From a virus (lineage: Duplodnaviria; Caudoviricetes), in IMG/VR virus record IMGVR_UViG_3300014205_009256, positions 14,330 to 78,329 of that record: a stretch of DNA of 64,000 bases. One strand, 5' to 3'. Below the pieces are notes generated by a model, which did no database searches, was not told where the DNA came from, and saw nothing but the letters and a program-made list of their open reading frames with translations. Below are positions 36,922-46,390 of this stretch, piece by piece. Each line of letters begins with the position of its first letter. The first letter of the stretch is position 1. A program made the position numbers and the translations under genes.

Positions 36922-39159
36922 ATGAGCGGTGAACAAATAGAGACTGTTGATGAGAGACACATGATGGCATTTCGGGCCGCATGCCGATCGTTGATGGATG
37001 GTCTGAAACAACGTGCTGACGCATATTGCATGTTCGGCACGCCTTGCGATTGGTTTCGTACTCAAAGGAACTATCGCGTATTTGAAATCCGGGCGCACGT
37101 CGGCGGGGACAATCACTTGGTCGAATGTGTGAAGCCTCTCATGACGGAGCTTGAGGAACTGGAGAAACAACTAGAGTCTTGGCGCGACTATGAGGCTCAA
37201 TTGCGCCGCGCAGCAACGGTAACGGTGACCAGAGAAAAGGGATGTTACATCGGGGGCTCCGATCTTCCTCCCGATGTTTGGAATGCTTTCACATATCAAC
37301 TTGAGGGCGAGCCAGCCATCACAAACTATTCCACTTGGGTCGAACATGAATCGCATTCCCTCCGAAGTTGTATCATCGAGAAGGACTGCAGAAGCCATGT
37401 ACTCCACGACGATTTTATTGAGTATCTTTCGACATGGCTTGGCGACGCAGATTCTTCGGCCACAGACAATAGCAAATCAGAAGGTTCAGGCATGTATCTT
37501 CATGCGTGCCTGGGCCACAACACAGACTTGTCGACATCCTCGGTATTCTACTTCGTTGATAATCCGTTGATTGGTCAATCACTCCAGGAACTATTCCAAA
37601 AGGAATACGGAAGCGATGGCAGCAATACCAAATTCTACACAAGCCATGCAAGTAAGCTGAGTGACGCAGATCGAATTTTGTTGGATGAAGCCTGCGATAT
37701 AGTGAGCGTTTACTCTGAGCCGGATCCGGGCGTATATGATCCACCACCTACTCGTTCAATGCATCGTCGGTCCCAATATGCCGTCCGCGCACGAACTTGG
37801 GAAGCGATGTTGAACGCCAAGAAAGCAACGTCTGGGCATAAGGACGTGGGGCATTCAACGCGGAACGGCGTGGAGAGCGAGGGCCGCGACAATACCACAA
37901 CACCACACCATGAATCCCAGCAGCCCTCAACCGATGCCAACGCCACAAACAACGAGGCTGGCGTCAGAGATGCTATTCAGCAGATGGCGGGCATCTGGGA
38001 GAAGTTGAGATTGGCCGCCACAGCACTCATAGGTGCTTCGGAAACGACCTCAGCCGCACCAACGCTGGAAATCCAGAAATATCAGGATGCACTAAGTCAA
38101 GGAAATGTGTCTTTGGATGGTAGTGGCGAATTTTCGCTTGTTGGACAACACCTTCCACCACATCTTAAAGAGCATTGTCAGAGTTCGCTCTTGGATCTGC
38201 AGCACAAGATGGAGCCATTGACCACACGGCACAACGCGTATCCATTGTGCAAGGACATCACGAAAACAGCTCGTGAGGCATTGGCCGGATGCATGGCATT
38301 AGAAATAGCTTTGGCACTCATCGTGACGAAACCCGGCGAATCGCAGATACCGAAAGAGGAGTGGCGAATAGCAGGCCACACCGCTTTGATGATTCTTGCG
38401 CAAGCATATTACAAGATTCTGGAAAGCGCCATCTCTGGAGCGATGTGTACCTCGCTCGATTTGGAGTTGAATCAATCGTATCTATGGACGACGAACAACA
38501 TCTCGGCACTTCTGCAAGACCATGAAGATCTAAAGGACTTTCCAACCACATTTACACCTATATTCCGCGACTTGTATCCATCAACGATTCGAGATTGCGA
38601 CTGGGAAGACATGGTCGCCCCTGAGGCCGAAGCATTTCTCAGCACAGTGCAGCAATATGTTCTCGGCAAAGGTGTATATGAACTAACCGAAGGTTCAGCA
38701 GGTGGGACTTTCGTCCGCATTTTTCAGTCTTCAGCACAAACCGCAATGGAGCATGCAGAGGCATATCGCAAGCGAATGCAAACCACATTTCAACGCGTGC
38801 TTGATCGTGCCGCTCAACAGCAGCTTGCGGTGCCGGCGTCGGGTCATGATGAACGTCGGTCAGATTCACAGCATGAGATCGAGACATTGGCAAGTACGAC
38901 TCCGGCCCTTAACACAAGCAACGGCCAGTGGATTAGCAATAAAGTGGCTGCAAAGCTAGATGGGGTTACTCCCGCAAGTCTTACGGACTATCGCAAACCA
39001 AGCAAGAATGGCATTAGGGATGCCAACAAAATGCTAGGCTGTGATTGTCACGGGAGAATCTGGCGACGAGCGGGTACGCCACAAGCTCATGTCTGGTATC
39101 TGAGATCCACACTCGTGACAAATCGACAGATAAATCGGGGAAAAACCGGGGATTCCTAG
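36922..39159 (+). CDS. 745-aa mosaic hypothetical protein
   Basis: Shares internal and C-terminal modules with 34000-36843; remainder unrelated by eye. Confidence 0.75.
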   Translation: MSGEQIETVDERHMMAFRAACRSLMDGLKQRADAYCMFGTPCDWFRTQRNYRVFEIRAHVGGDNHLVECVKPLMTELEELEKQLESWRDYEAQLRRAATVTVTREKGCYIGGSDLPPDVWNAFTYQLEGEPAITNYSTWVEHESHSLRSCIIEKDCRSHVLHDDFIEYLSTWLGDADSSATDNSKSEGSGMYLHACLGHNTDLSTSSVFYFVDNPLIGQSLQELFQKEYGSDGSNTKFYTSHASKLSDADRILLDEACDIVSVYSEPDPGVYDPPPTRSMHRRSQYAVRARTWEAMLNAKKATSGHKDVGHSTRNGVESEGRDNTTTPHHESQQPSTDANATNNEAGVRDAIQQMAGIWEKLRLAATALIGASETTSAAPTLEIQKYQDALSQGNVSLDGSGEFSLVGQHLPPHLKEHCQSSLLDLQHKMEPLTTRHNAYPLCKDITKTAREALAGCMALEIALALIVTKPGESQIPKEEWRIAGHTALMILAQAYYKILESAISGAMCTSLDLELNQSYLWTTNNISALLQDHEDLKDFPTTFTPIFRDLYPSTIRDCDWEDMVAPEAEAFLSTVQQYVLGKGVYELTEGSAGGTFVRIFQSSAQTAMEHAEAYRKRMQTTFQRVLDRAAQQQLAVPASGHDERRSDSQHEIETLASTTPALNTSNGQWISNKVAAKLDGVTPASLTDYRKPSKNGIRDANKMLGCDCHGRIWRRAGTPQAHVWYLRSTLVTNRQINRGKTGDS

Positions 39160-39166
39160 GAATCCC
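39149..39166. promoter_or_regulatory. 18-bp perfect palindrome, candidate operator
   Basis: GGGATTCCTAGGAATCCC over the stop of the 745-aa gene, about 90 bp before the next start. Confidence 0.45.
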
Positions 39167-39256
39167 TGCTTCGATTTCGTCAACCATTCGCCGGAGACTG
39201 CATGCGGAAGGTAAGCAATGGGCTTGCCTGGACACAACCGCATGGGAGTCTTATCC

Positions 39257-39700
39257 ATGACAACGCAACGATTCGAGACCGGCAGGAAAGTCGGGTCTGA
39301 AAGAGCACAGACCAAGTTGCTCCCCATATCTTCGGGTTCCGATTCCGTACCACCTGTTCGGATCGGCGGTGCTGTAAGCATGCATGAACTGCCAGAGCCG
39401 GCGCGTTGGCTGATCGAGCGTGGTCAGCACATCGGTTTCGGCAGTGTCACCTTCGTCACGCGCTGCGGTCAGCCGGACCTTAGCCGGCCCCATCATGTCA
39501 CGCGCACAGTAAGAGTGGACGGCGGAGAGAACGGTCCTCGTGCGGAGGCCTGCCTCTCCAACTTCGTGCTATGCCGGCAGCATGTCGCTGTGGCCAATCA
39601 GATCGCCATGCTTCCGGACAACACATGCGTGCGGGTGAAGTTCGCCCACGGACTGCCGGCCAACTCCATCGACATCGAAGAGGACCATCAAGCAGCGTAA
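39257..39700 (+). CDS. Conserved hypothetical protein (paralog of 3343-3672)
   Basis: GGENGPRAE and AHGLP motifs. Confidence 0.65.
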   Translation: MTTQRFETGRKVGSERAQTKLLPISSGSDSVPPVRIGGAVSMHELPEPARWLIERGQHIGFGSVTFVTRCGQPDLSRPHHVTRTVRVDGGENGPRAEACLSNFVLCRQHVAVANQIAMLPDNTCVRVKFAHGLPANSIDIEEDHQAA

Positions 39701-39751
39701 CTCGGCGTAGCCAAACCACACAGACACAGCGTAACGACCGGTCGTGAAACG

Positions 39752-39865
39752 AAGGCGTTGCGGGTGTCGCGGGCAACCGCGAACTCGCAGCGCCTTTTCC
39801 ATTGCGCGAATTCCCGGCAATCACCGACGACACCCACCAGCGCTTCTCCCCCACGGCCGGGGGAG
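39752..39865 (+). promoter_or_regulatory. Structured 5' leader of sigma gene 2
   Basis: 14-bp stem AAGGCGTTGCGGGT/ACTCGCAGCGCCTT with G-U pairs, inner TCGCGG-GCAA-CCGCGA; CTCCCC/GGGGAG hairpin pairs the RBS. Confidence 0.55.
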
Positions 39866-39872
39866 CAGCAAC

Positions 39873-40622
39873 ATGAATCAAGAACGAGATGACCGCTTTA
39901 CACCAGCGGATGCAGAAATCGTCAAACGCAAAGCACGAAACATGTTCGGCCAGCACGGATGGAACAGGCAGGACGTGGAAGACATCGAGGCGGAACTGAT
40001 CTTCCACATCTGGAAGCAAAGCCCTCGCCACGATCCGGCACAGGGCCCACGCGAACGGTTCATCAAAAAAATCACCAAGAACAAAATGCTCAACCTGATC
40101 GAGGCCCGAAAAGCGAAGAAGCGTGACGGTCGGCGCAACGTGCTTCTTGACGACGCCATTGAAGGAGCCGTCCTCGATGGCCGCAACGATCCAGCCAAGA
40201 TCGACACGCAGATCGCTGTGCGCGCGGTGATCGCGCAACTGACACCAGAACTGCGTCAGGTGGCTTTGCTCCGGCAGGAGCACAGCGAACGCGACTTGGA
40301 AAAGCTGCTCAACCTCACGCGAGCCCAGGTGCGCACCCGCATCCACCAGTTAGCCAACATTTTCAGAAATTCTGGCCTCGCGCCAGATTCCGACAACCAT
40401 TCTCCAACCGAACCCGGTAGTGATTTACAGAGCCCAATACATGATTCAGGAGACCGCTCATGCAAACCACAATCACCCGTTTCACATTCGGCAACGCCGT
40501 TCCCATGGCCGAAGTCGAGGCGACGTTGCGTTTGTCGTTGCTGGCCATCACCAGCATGTTCGGTGACGACCGAGTGCGAAGTGAAGTCAGCATCACCGTC
40601 GATAGCGAAGAGCGATTTTTGA
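39873..40622 (+). CDS. ECF-like sigma-70 family factor
   Basis: DVEDIEAELIFHIWKQSPRHDP region 2-like and C-terminal HTH; frame runs 163 nt into the next gene. Confidence 0.75.
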   Translation: MNQERDDRFTPADAEIVKRKARNMFGQHGWNRQDVEDIEAELIFHIWKQSPRHDPAQGPRERFIKKITKNKMLNLIEARKAKKRDGRRNVLLDDAIEGAVLDGRNDPAKIDTQIAVRAVIAQLTPELRQVALLRQEHSERDLEKLLNLTRAQVRTRIHQLANIFRNSGLAPDSDNHSPTEPGSDLQSPIHDSGDRSCKPQSPVSHSATPFPWPKSRRRCVCRCWPSPACSVTTECEVKSASPSIAKSDF

Positions 40623-40765
40623 TCATCGAAGCCACGCCGGGCATCAGCCAGGCGCTGACGCAGGTGTTCGGCGCGTACATCCGTCAGGAATTTGGGGCCG
40701 ACGCCATCAACCCGGTTAGGTCATCTGCCGTGAATGCACCGGCACTTATAGGAGCGTGCCGATGA
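40460..40765 (+). CDS. Hypothetical protein
   Basis: 101 aa; AGGAGA RBS; stop overlaps primase start. Confidence 0.7.
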   Translation: MQTTITRFTFGNAVPMAEVEATLRLSLLAITSMFGDDRVRSEVSITVDSEERFLIIEATPGISQALTQVFGAYIRQEFGADAINPVRSSAVNAPALIGACR

Positions 40766-43239
40766 CCACACTGGATACAGCGATTGAATATTGTCGACGG
40801 GGGTGGTCGGTCGTTCCGATCCCCTATCGCAGCAAAAACCCCGGCTACACTGCCTGGCAGCAATCCCGCTTCAAGGAAGATGAACTTGCCGATCAATTTG
40901 GCGGTCAGCCAAAGAACATCGGCGTACTGCTGGGCGAGCCATCCGGTTGGCTGATCGACACCGACCTGGACCACCCGCGCGCGGTGGAACTGGCAGACCA
41001 GCTTCTGCCGCCCACCAACGCCATCTTCGGCAGGCCGGGAAATCCGCGTTCCCACCGGTTGTATGTGGCGAAGTCGCCCGTGGCGACGAAGAAGCATCGC
41101 AGCAAATCCGCCGGCATGATCGTGGAACTGCGGTCGACCGGCCTTCAAACGGTGTTTCCACCCAGCGTTCATGAATCGGGCGAACCGATCACGTGGGAAC
41201 AGGATGACCCGCAACCTGCCGAGGTCGATCCGCAAATCTTGCTCGACGCCATACAGAAGTTGGCGGATACGGTGAAGATCGAACTGGGCGAACGCGCGAC
41301 ACCCAAGGCCCCCAAGCCTTCACCGGCGAAGCCCAGGGCCACCAACCATCCCCCTCGGTCAAAGGACGCCATCGCCTCGTGCGTCGACGCGATGCTCCGC
41401 ATGACCATGACCGATCACAACGATGGTTCGGGGCGGTTGTTCGCGGCGGCGTGTCGCGTCGTGGAACACAATCTGTCTGATTTGGATGGTGTTGCCGCCA
41501 TCCGCGACTATGCCCGGCAGCGTCCCTTCCCAACCGACTGGACCGATTCCCAAATCGTCGACCGCATCCGTGACGCCGAAGCCAAGACCCAACGCGGTGT
41601 CATTCGCCGCGTCCATGATGACGATGACAAGCCCACCATCCTGATCACCACCGACGAGTACCACGTCGTCTGCGAAACCATCGCCGCCATGACGGACGAT
41701 CCGGACATCTACCAGCGCGGCGGCATGCTCGTCCGCGTGCTACGCGATAAACAGCCTCAGGACGGCATCGTGCGCAGCAGTGGGTCGGCGACCATTGCGG
41801 CGTTACCGACGGCCTGCCTGCGTGAACGAATGACCAAGTTCGTCCGCTTCACCAAACTCGTCCGCCAGGGCGATACCATCACCGAGGTCGCCGCGCATCC
41901 CACAACCTGGCTTGTCGCCGCGATGGATGCCCGCAACGACTGGCCGGGCATACGGCATCTGATGGCGGTTTCGGACTCGCCCATCATCCGGCCCGATGGA
42001 TCGATCTGGCAGACCCCGGGTTATGACCCAGCGACCGGCGTTCTGTACGAACCATCCGAACAGTTTCCGCCGATCCCGGACATGCTGACCGCCGAAGACG
42101 CCCAGCGCGCGATGCAAAACCTGCTGGAGGTCGTCGGCGATTTTCGCTTTGAAAGCCCCGATCACCGGGCTGCCTGGCTGGCCGCATTGCTCACGCCCCT
42201 GGCCCGATTCGCATTCCTCGGCCCGTCGCCCCTCTTCCTCATCGACGCCAATGTGCGCGGAGCCGGTAAAGGTCTGCTGGTTCAGGTGATCTCATGGATC
42301 GTGCTGGGGCGCGAGATGCCGGTGTTCAGCTACGCCCATGACTCCGAGGAGATGCGTAAGAAGATCACGTCCATCGCCATCGCCGGCGATCGGCTGGTGT
42401 TACTCGATAACCTCGAAGGCAACTTCGGCAACGATGCGCTGGATCGGGCGCTGACCAGCACGCGATGGAAGGATCGCATCCTCGGCAAGAGCGAACTGGT
42501 GGACCTGCCGCTTATGCCCGCGTGGTACGGCACCGGCAACAACGTCGCGGTCGCGGCCGACACCACGCGGCGCATCATCCACATTCGATTGGATGTGCTG
42601 GAAGAACACCCCGAGGATCGTCAGGATTTTCAGCACCCCAACCTCCTGCAATGGGTACGCCAGAATCGCGGCGCGCTGCTGTGCAATGCGATCACCATTC
42701 TGGCCGCGTATTGCCGCGCCGGCAGGCCTGCTCAGAACCTATCCCCATTCGGCAGCTTCGAGGGTTGGTCGAGCATCGTCCGCGAGGCGGTCGTGTGGGC
42801 CGGCCTGCCCGACCCGTGCCGCACACGCACACGTCTGGTGGAGTTCTCGGATACAACCTCCGACGCCATCGGCCAGCTTGTTCGCGCCTGGCAGGTGTAT
42901 GACCCCGGTGATCAGGGCCTGGTCGCATCCGACCTGCTGGCGGCGCTCTACCGGCGGGACTTCCAGCCCAGCGACGACGCCAGTGTCGCCATGCGTGCGG
43001 CCATCGAGAACTTCGTCGGCTGTCCGCCGGGCAAAGTCCCCAACGCACGGCAACTCGGCAACAAACTTCGCGGAGCGCGCCGGCGCGTGATCGCCGGGTT
43101 CATGCTGGATACCAACCCCGATGAGCAGCACCGTAACGGCGCTGTGTGGCATGTTCATGCCGCCGAAGGGCAGAGTGATTTGCGACTCTGCGACTCTGGC
43201 GAGTCTTTTTCCACCCCCTTCGCGCGAGAGAGGGAATGA
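40762..43239 (+). CDS. Bifunctional primase/polymerase fused to helicase-like domain
   Basis: N-terminal Prim-Pol (GWSVVP, NIGV, DTDLD, SHRLY, TVFPPSVH); C-terminal P-loop GAGKGLL and LLDN. Confidence 0.85.
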   Translation: MTTLDTAIEYCRRGWSVVPIPYRSKNPGYTAWQQSRFKEDELADQFGGQPKNIGVLLGEPSGWLIDTDLDHPRAVELADQLLPPTNAIFGRPGNPRSHRLYVAKSPVATKKHRSKSAGMIVELRSTGLQTVFPPSVHESGEPITWEQDDPQPAEVDPQILLDAIQKLADTVKIELGERATPKAPKPSPAKPRATNHPPRSKDAIASCVDAMLRMTMTDHNDGSGRLFAAACRVVEHNLSDLDGVAAIRDYARQRPFPTDWTDSQIVDRIRDAEAKTQRGVIRRVHDDDDKPTILITTDEYHVVCETIAAMTDDPDIYQRGGMLVRVLRDKQPQDGIVRSSGSATIAALPTACLRERMTKFVRFTKLVRQGDTITEVAAHPTTWLVAAMDARNDWPGIRHLMAVSDSPIIRPDGSIWQTPGYDPATGVLYEPSEQFPPIPDMLTAEDAQRAMQNLLEVVGDFRFESPDHRAAWLAALLTPLARFAFLGPSPLFLIDANVRGAGKGLLVQVISWIVLGREMPVFSYAHDSEEMRKKITSIAIAGDRLVLLDNLEGNFGNDALDRALTSTRWKDRILGKSELVDLPLMPAWYGTGNNVAVAADTTRRIIHIRLDVLEEHPEDRQDFQHPNLLQWVRQNRGALLCNAITILAAYCRAGRPAQNLSPFGSFEGWSSIVREAVVWAGLPDPCRTRTRLVEFSDTTSDAIGQLVRAWQVYDPGDQGLVASDLLAALYRRDFQPSDDASVAMRAAIENFVGCPPGKVPNARQLGNKLRGARRRVIAGFMLDTNPDEQHRNGAVWHVHAAEGQSDLRLCDSGESFSTPFARERE

Positions 43240-43303
43240 ATATGAAAGTAATAGTAAATATGGAGACGGGCGGAAACACACTCGCCAGACTCGCAGAGTC
43301 GCA
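43181..43303. repeat. 24-bp inverted repeat around an AT-rich spacer; candidate replication origin
   Basis: TGCGACTCTGCGACTCTGGCGAGT (43181-43204) and ACTCGCCAGACTCGCAGAGTCGCA (43280-43303), one mismatch; more AT-rich DNA at ~43430-43610. Confidence 0.6.
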
Positions 43304-43607
43304 GAACCCATCGTTAGCGCCCCCGTCGCGGCACGTTGGCGCACGGGGCGCAAGGGCGCGCAGGTCGGCCTGCGCGGCCATCCGGGGCCCACCACAGACA
43401 GGGGCCAACGTGGGCCAAAAATGCCGTAAATACGGCTACATATCGAGATATTACGATATATTTCTGATTAAATGACAAAATGATAAGTCTATATGTAATA
43501 GGTACTTGGAAACACTTTTTGCCTCCTGACGCCAGCGGGAACGCCAACCGCGTTAGACAGACTTTCTTGAGGCAATAAAAAAATATCTCTTTCTTTCTGG
43601 CAAACTT

Positions 43608-44180
43608 ATGAATCATCGAATGTTACAACCGATTTCCGACCCGCCCGCGCTGTTGACATTTGCGCTAAAACGCCAGTTTTCGTTGATGTTTTGTTGGTGG
43701 GAGGGCTGGTCGCTGGCGCGGATGGCGTTTGAGCACGGCATCAGCCGCGCCCGCGTCGCGGCGATCCTGGCGCAGGTCGGCTGTCGCGCGAGCCAACGAC
43801 CGAATCGCTTGTTCCGGGGGCGGGGGCGTTGTCCCGATTCCCGGCGTGGTGTTCCCGCCGCGCGTATCGCACAAGCCCGCGCCATGCTCCTGCACCCCAA
43901 GGCACCGCGTCTGACCGTGCGGCAGCGCGCCGCGACCGCATGGACGGCGATGGGCGTTTCGTCGCGCGACATCGCCAAGCGCATGGGCGTGACGGGCCAG
44001 CGTGTCAGAAGCATTCTCACAGTGGCGGAGATGCGTTTGCATCGGCACGCAAGCGCCCCCGCCGGTCCAGACACCCTTCTCACCGACAACACTCCCATGC
44101 CGACGTTGCGCTGGGACGGTCTACTCAAATCCCTTACCGGGCAGCACGCTGCCCACCTGGAGCATGAACATGCAGATTGA
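43608..44180 (+). CDS. Protein with two HTH-like segments (LuxR/sigma region 4-like)
   Basis: GWSLARMAFEHGISRARVAAIL and LTVRQR...GVSSRDIAKRMGVT; start uncertain. Confidence 0.5.
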   Translation: MNHRMLQPISDPPALLTFALKRQFSLMFCWWEGWSLARMAFEHGISRARVAAILAQVGCRASQRPNRLFRGRGRCPDSRRGVPAARIAQARAMLLHPKAPRLTVRQRAATAWTAMGVSSRDIAKRMGVTGQRVRSILTVAEMRLHRHASAPAGPDTLLTDNTPMPTLRWDGLLKSLTGQHAAHLEHEHAD

Positions 44181-45543
44181 ACTTCGTCCCATCGATTCCA
44201 TTCGACCCTATCCCGGCAACCCGCGTGACAACGACGGCGCGGTGGATGCCGTGGCCAACTCGCTGAAAGAGTTTGGCTTTCGCCAACCGATTGTGGTCGA
44301 TGCCGACGGCGTCATCATCGTCGGGCACACCCGTTACAAGGCGGCGCTCAAACTCAATCTCAAACAGGTGCCGGTTCACGTCGCCACTGATCTCACGCCC
44401 GCACAGGTGAAGGCGTACCGTATCGCGGACAACGCAACGGGCGAGATCGCCAAGTGGAATTACGAACTGTTGCCGATTGAGTTGTCGGGTTTGTCGGAGA
44501 TGAACTTCGACCTCAACTTGCTCGGCTTCGACCCCGAGGAACTGGCACGCCTCACTTCCGGCGATGTGCAACAAGGCCTGACCGATCCCGACGATGTTCC
44601 GTTGCCGCCCGACGCGGCGACCACGCAACCGGGCGATCTTTGGATACTCGGCAACCATCGTCTGCTCTGCGGCGACAGTAGCAAGCCCGAAGACCTCGAC
44701 CGGTTGCTCGACGGCACGGACATTCATCTTGTGAACACCGATCCGCCCTATAACGTCAAGGTCGAACCGCGCTCCAACAACGCCATCGCCGCCGGTCTGT
44801 CCTCGTTCCAGGCGACCAACACGCAGCCCAACTTCCGGGACAACTTCCGGGGGCACCATCAGAGTTTCGACGTGGCGCGGCAGGGACCGAAGAAGGCGAC
44901 GGGCAAAAAGCTGCGAGCCAAGGACCGACCGCTGGCGAACGACTTTGTCAGCGACGCCGACTTCGACCAGATGCTCGACGACTGGTTCGGCAACATGGCG
45001 CGCGTGCTTCTGCCCGGCCACGGGTTCTACATCTGGGGCGGCTACGCGAATCTCGGCAATTACCCGCCGTACCTGAAGAAGCATGAACTGTATTTCAGCC
45101 AGGGCATCGTGTGGGATAAACAACACCCCGTGTTGACAAGGAAGGATTTCATGGGGGCGTTTGAGATTTGCTTCTACGGCTGGCGGGAAGGGGCTGCCCA
45201 TCGTTACTACGGCCCGAACAACGCGACGGACCTGTGGCATGTGAAGAAAATTCCTCCTCAGCAGATGGAACATTTGACGGCCAAGCCGGCGGAACTGGCG
45301 GTGCGTGCGATGCAGTATTCATCCCTGGCTGGCGAGAACGTCCTCGACCTGTTCGGCGGCAGCGGTTCCACGCTGATCGCGGCGGAACAGACCGGGCGCC
45401 ACGCCTACGTCATGGAATTGGACACGCTGTATTGCGATGTCATCGTCGACCGCTTTCAGCGATTCACCGGTCAAGCCGGCGTGCTGCAGCGCACCGGCGA
45501 TTCCCCCATTGCCATGAAGGCCCGCGAGGAGGCGATGCGATGA
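44170..45543 (+). CDS. ParB/Srx-like N-terminal domain fused to N6/N4 DNA methyltransferase
   Basis: FGFRQPIVVD...IVGHTRY...AYRIADN; TDPPYN; HLTAKP; LDLFGGSGST. Confidence 0.92.
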   Translation: MQIELRPIDSIRPYPGNPRDNDGAVDAVANSLKEFGFRQPIVVDADGVIIVGHTRYKAALKLNLKQVPVHVATDLTPAQVKAYRIADNATGEIAKWNYELLPIELSGLSEMNFDLNLLGFDPEELARLTSGDVQQGLTDPDDVPLPPDAATTQPGDLWILGNHRLLCGDSSKPEDLDRLLDGTDIHLVNTDPPYNVKVEPRSNNAIAAGLSSFQATNTQPNFRDNFRGHHQSFDVARQGPKKATGKKLRAKDRPLANDFVSDADFDQMLDDWFGNMARVLLPGHGFYIWGGYANLGNYPPYLKKHELYFSQGIVWDKQHPVLTRKDFMGAFEICFYGWREGAAHRYYGPNNATDLWHVKKIPPQQMEHLTAKPAELAVRAMQYSSLAGENVLDLFGGSGSTLIAAEQTGRHAYVMELDTLYCDVIVDRFQRFTGQAGVLQRTGDSPIAMKAREEAMR

Positions 45544-46031
45544 GGACCTATCCGACGCCCCGGGGGTCTATTTCACCATTCGGTTATCGCCGGATCACTT
45601 GCAAGGATCGCAAAAAGCGATTTGAGCATGTCATCGTGTGGGAACGGCACCACGGACCCGTGCCATCGGGCATGGAACTGCACCACATCAACGGCGACAA
45701 ACTCGACAACCGCATCGAAAATCTGATGTTGGTCAATCGCCTGGAACACAAGCGAATTGAAAGCGGGTGCTACCGAGTCGATGGGCGATGGTGGAAACGC
45801 TGCCGCCGGTGTCGCTGGTATCGCTCGGTCGACACGGAATTCTATACCTATCCCGGCAGCAATGGTGTCATGGGATTGTGCAAGCGGTGTGCCGTTGAAG
45901 TGGCGATGCAAAACAAACGACGCCGAACGCAACGACGCCAACGCCATCAGATCGAAACGGGTTCAATGCCGGCCCCGGAGAAAACCTCAACCCCCGCAAG
46001 GGTTGAGGTGGATATGGCAGGTGCAAAATGA
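45540..46031 (+). CDS. HNH endonuclease with C-terminal zinc finger
   Basis: FEHVIVWE...ELHHINGDKLDNRIENL; CRRC...CKRC; ATGA coupling to methylase. Confidence 0.85.
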   Translation: MRTYPTPRGSISPFGYRRITCKDRKKRFEHVIVWERHHGPVPSGMELHHINGDKLDNRIENLMLVNRLEHKRIESGCYRVDGRWWKRCRRCRWYRSVDTEFYTYPGSNGVMGLCKRCAVEVAMQNKRRRTQRRQRHQIETGSMPAPEKTSTPARVEVDMAGAK

Positions 46032-46033
46032 TG

Positions 46034-46381
46034 TCAGTACGGCAATTCAGCCAGGAAGCAAAATTCGATCATGGCGTCTTCAAACAGCGCCTTGGACGCG
46101 GGGTAACTGCGCCGGCCCCGCGTCACCACACAGGTTCGCTCCTTCATGAATTCCAGCGCCACGTTGACCTGTGTGAAAGGCGCGTCGATGGCCTGGACGA
46201 GCGGGTCGAGCGCCACGCCTTCGTCCGCATGTTCTTCAATGGCATGTGCGACGGCTTCGTAGATCGCCCGCGTGCAGCGGTGGCTGTACGAACGACCGGT
46301 GCTGGGGAACACGACCGTGCGGATCAGGTGGTCGTCTTTCACGTCGAAACTGACCTGTCGATCTCGTTGACGTGTAGGCAT
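46034..46381 (-). CDS. Hypothetical protein
   Basis: 115 aa in the counter-oriented small-gene cluster; RBS GGAG. Confidence 0.7.
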   Translation of the reverse strand: MPTRQRDRQVSFDVKDDHLIRTVVFPSTGRSYSHRCTRAIYEAVAHAIEEHADEGVALDPLVQAIDAPFTQVNVALEFMKERTCVVTRGRRSYPASKALFEDAMIEFCFLAELPY

Positions 46382-46390
46382 GATGATCTC

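Noticed and set aside
40390-40622. C-terminal extension of sigma 2 as a functional domain
   Set aside because: It overlaps the next gene by 163 nt and is absent from the paralog; probably stop-codon drift
45984-46009. ACCTCAACCC/GGGTTGAGGT hairpin as a novel RNA
   Set aside because: Its position between convergent genes is adequately explained by a terminator-like stem
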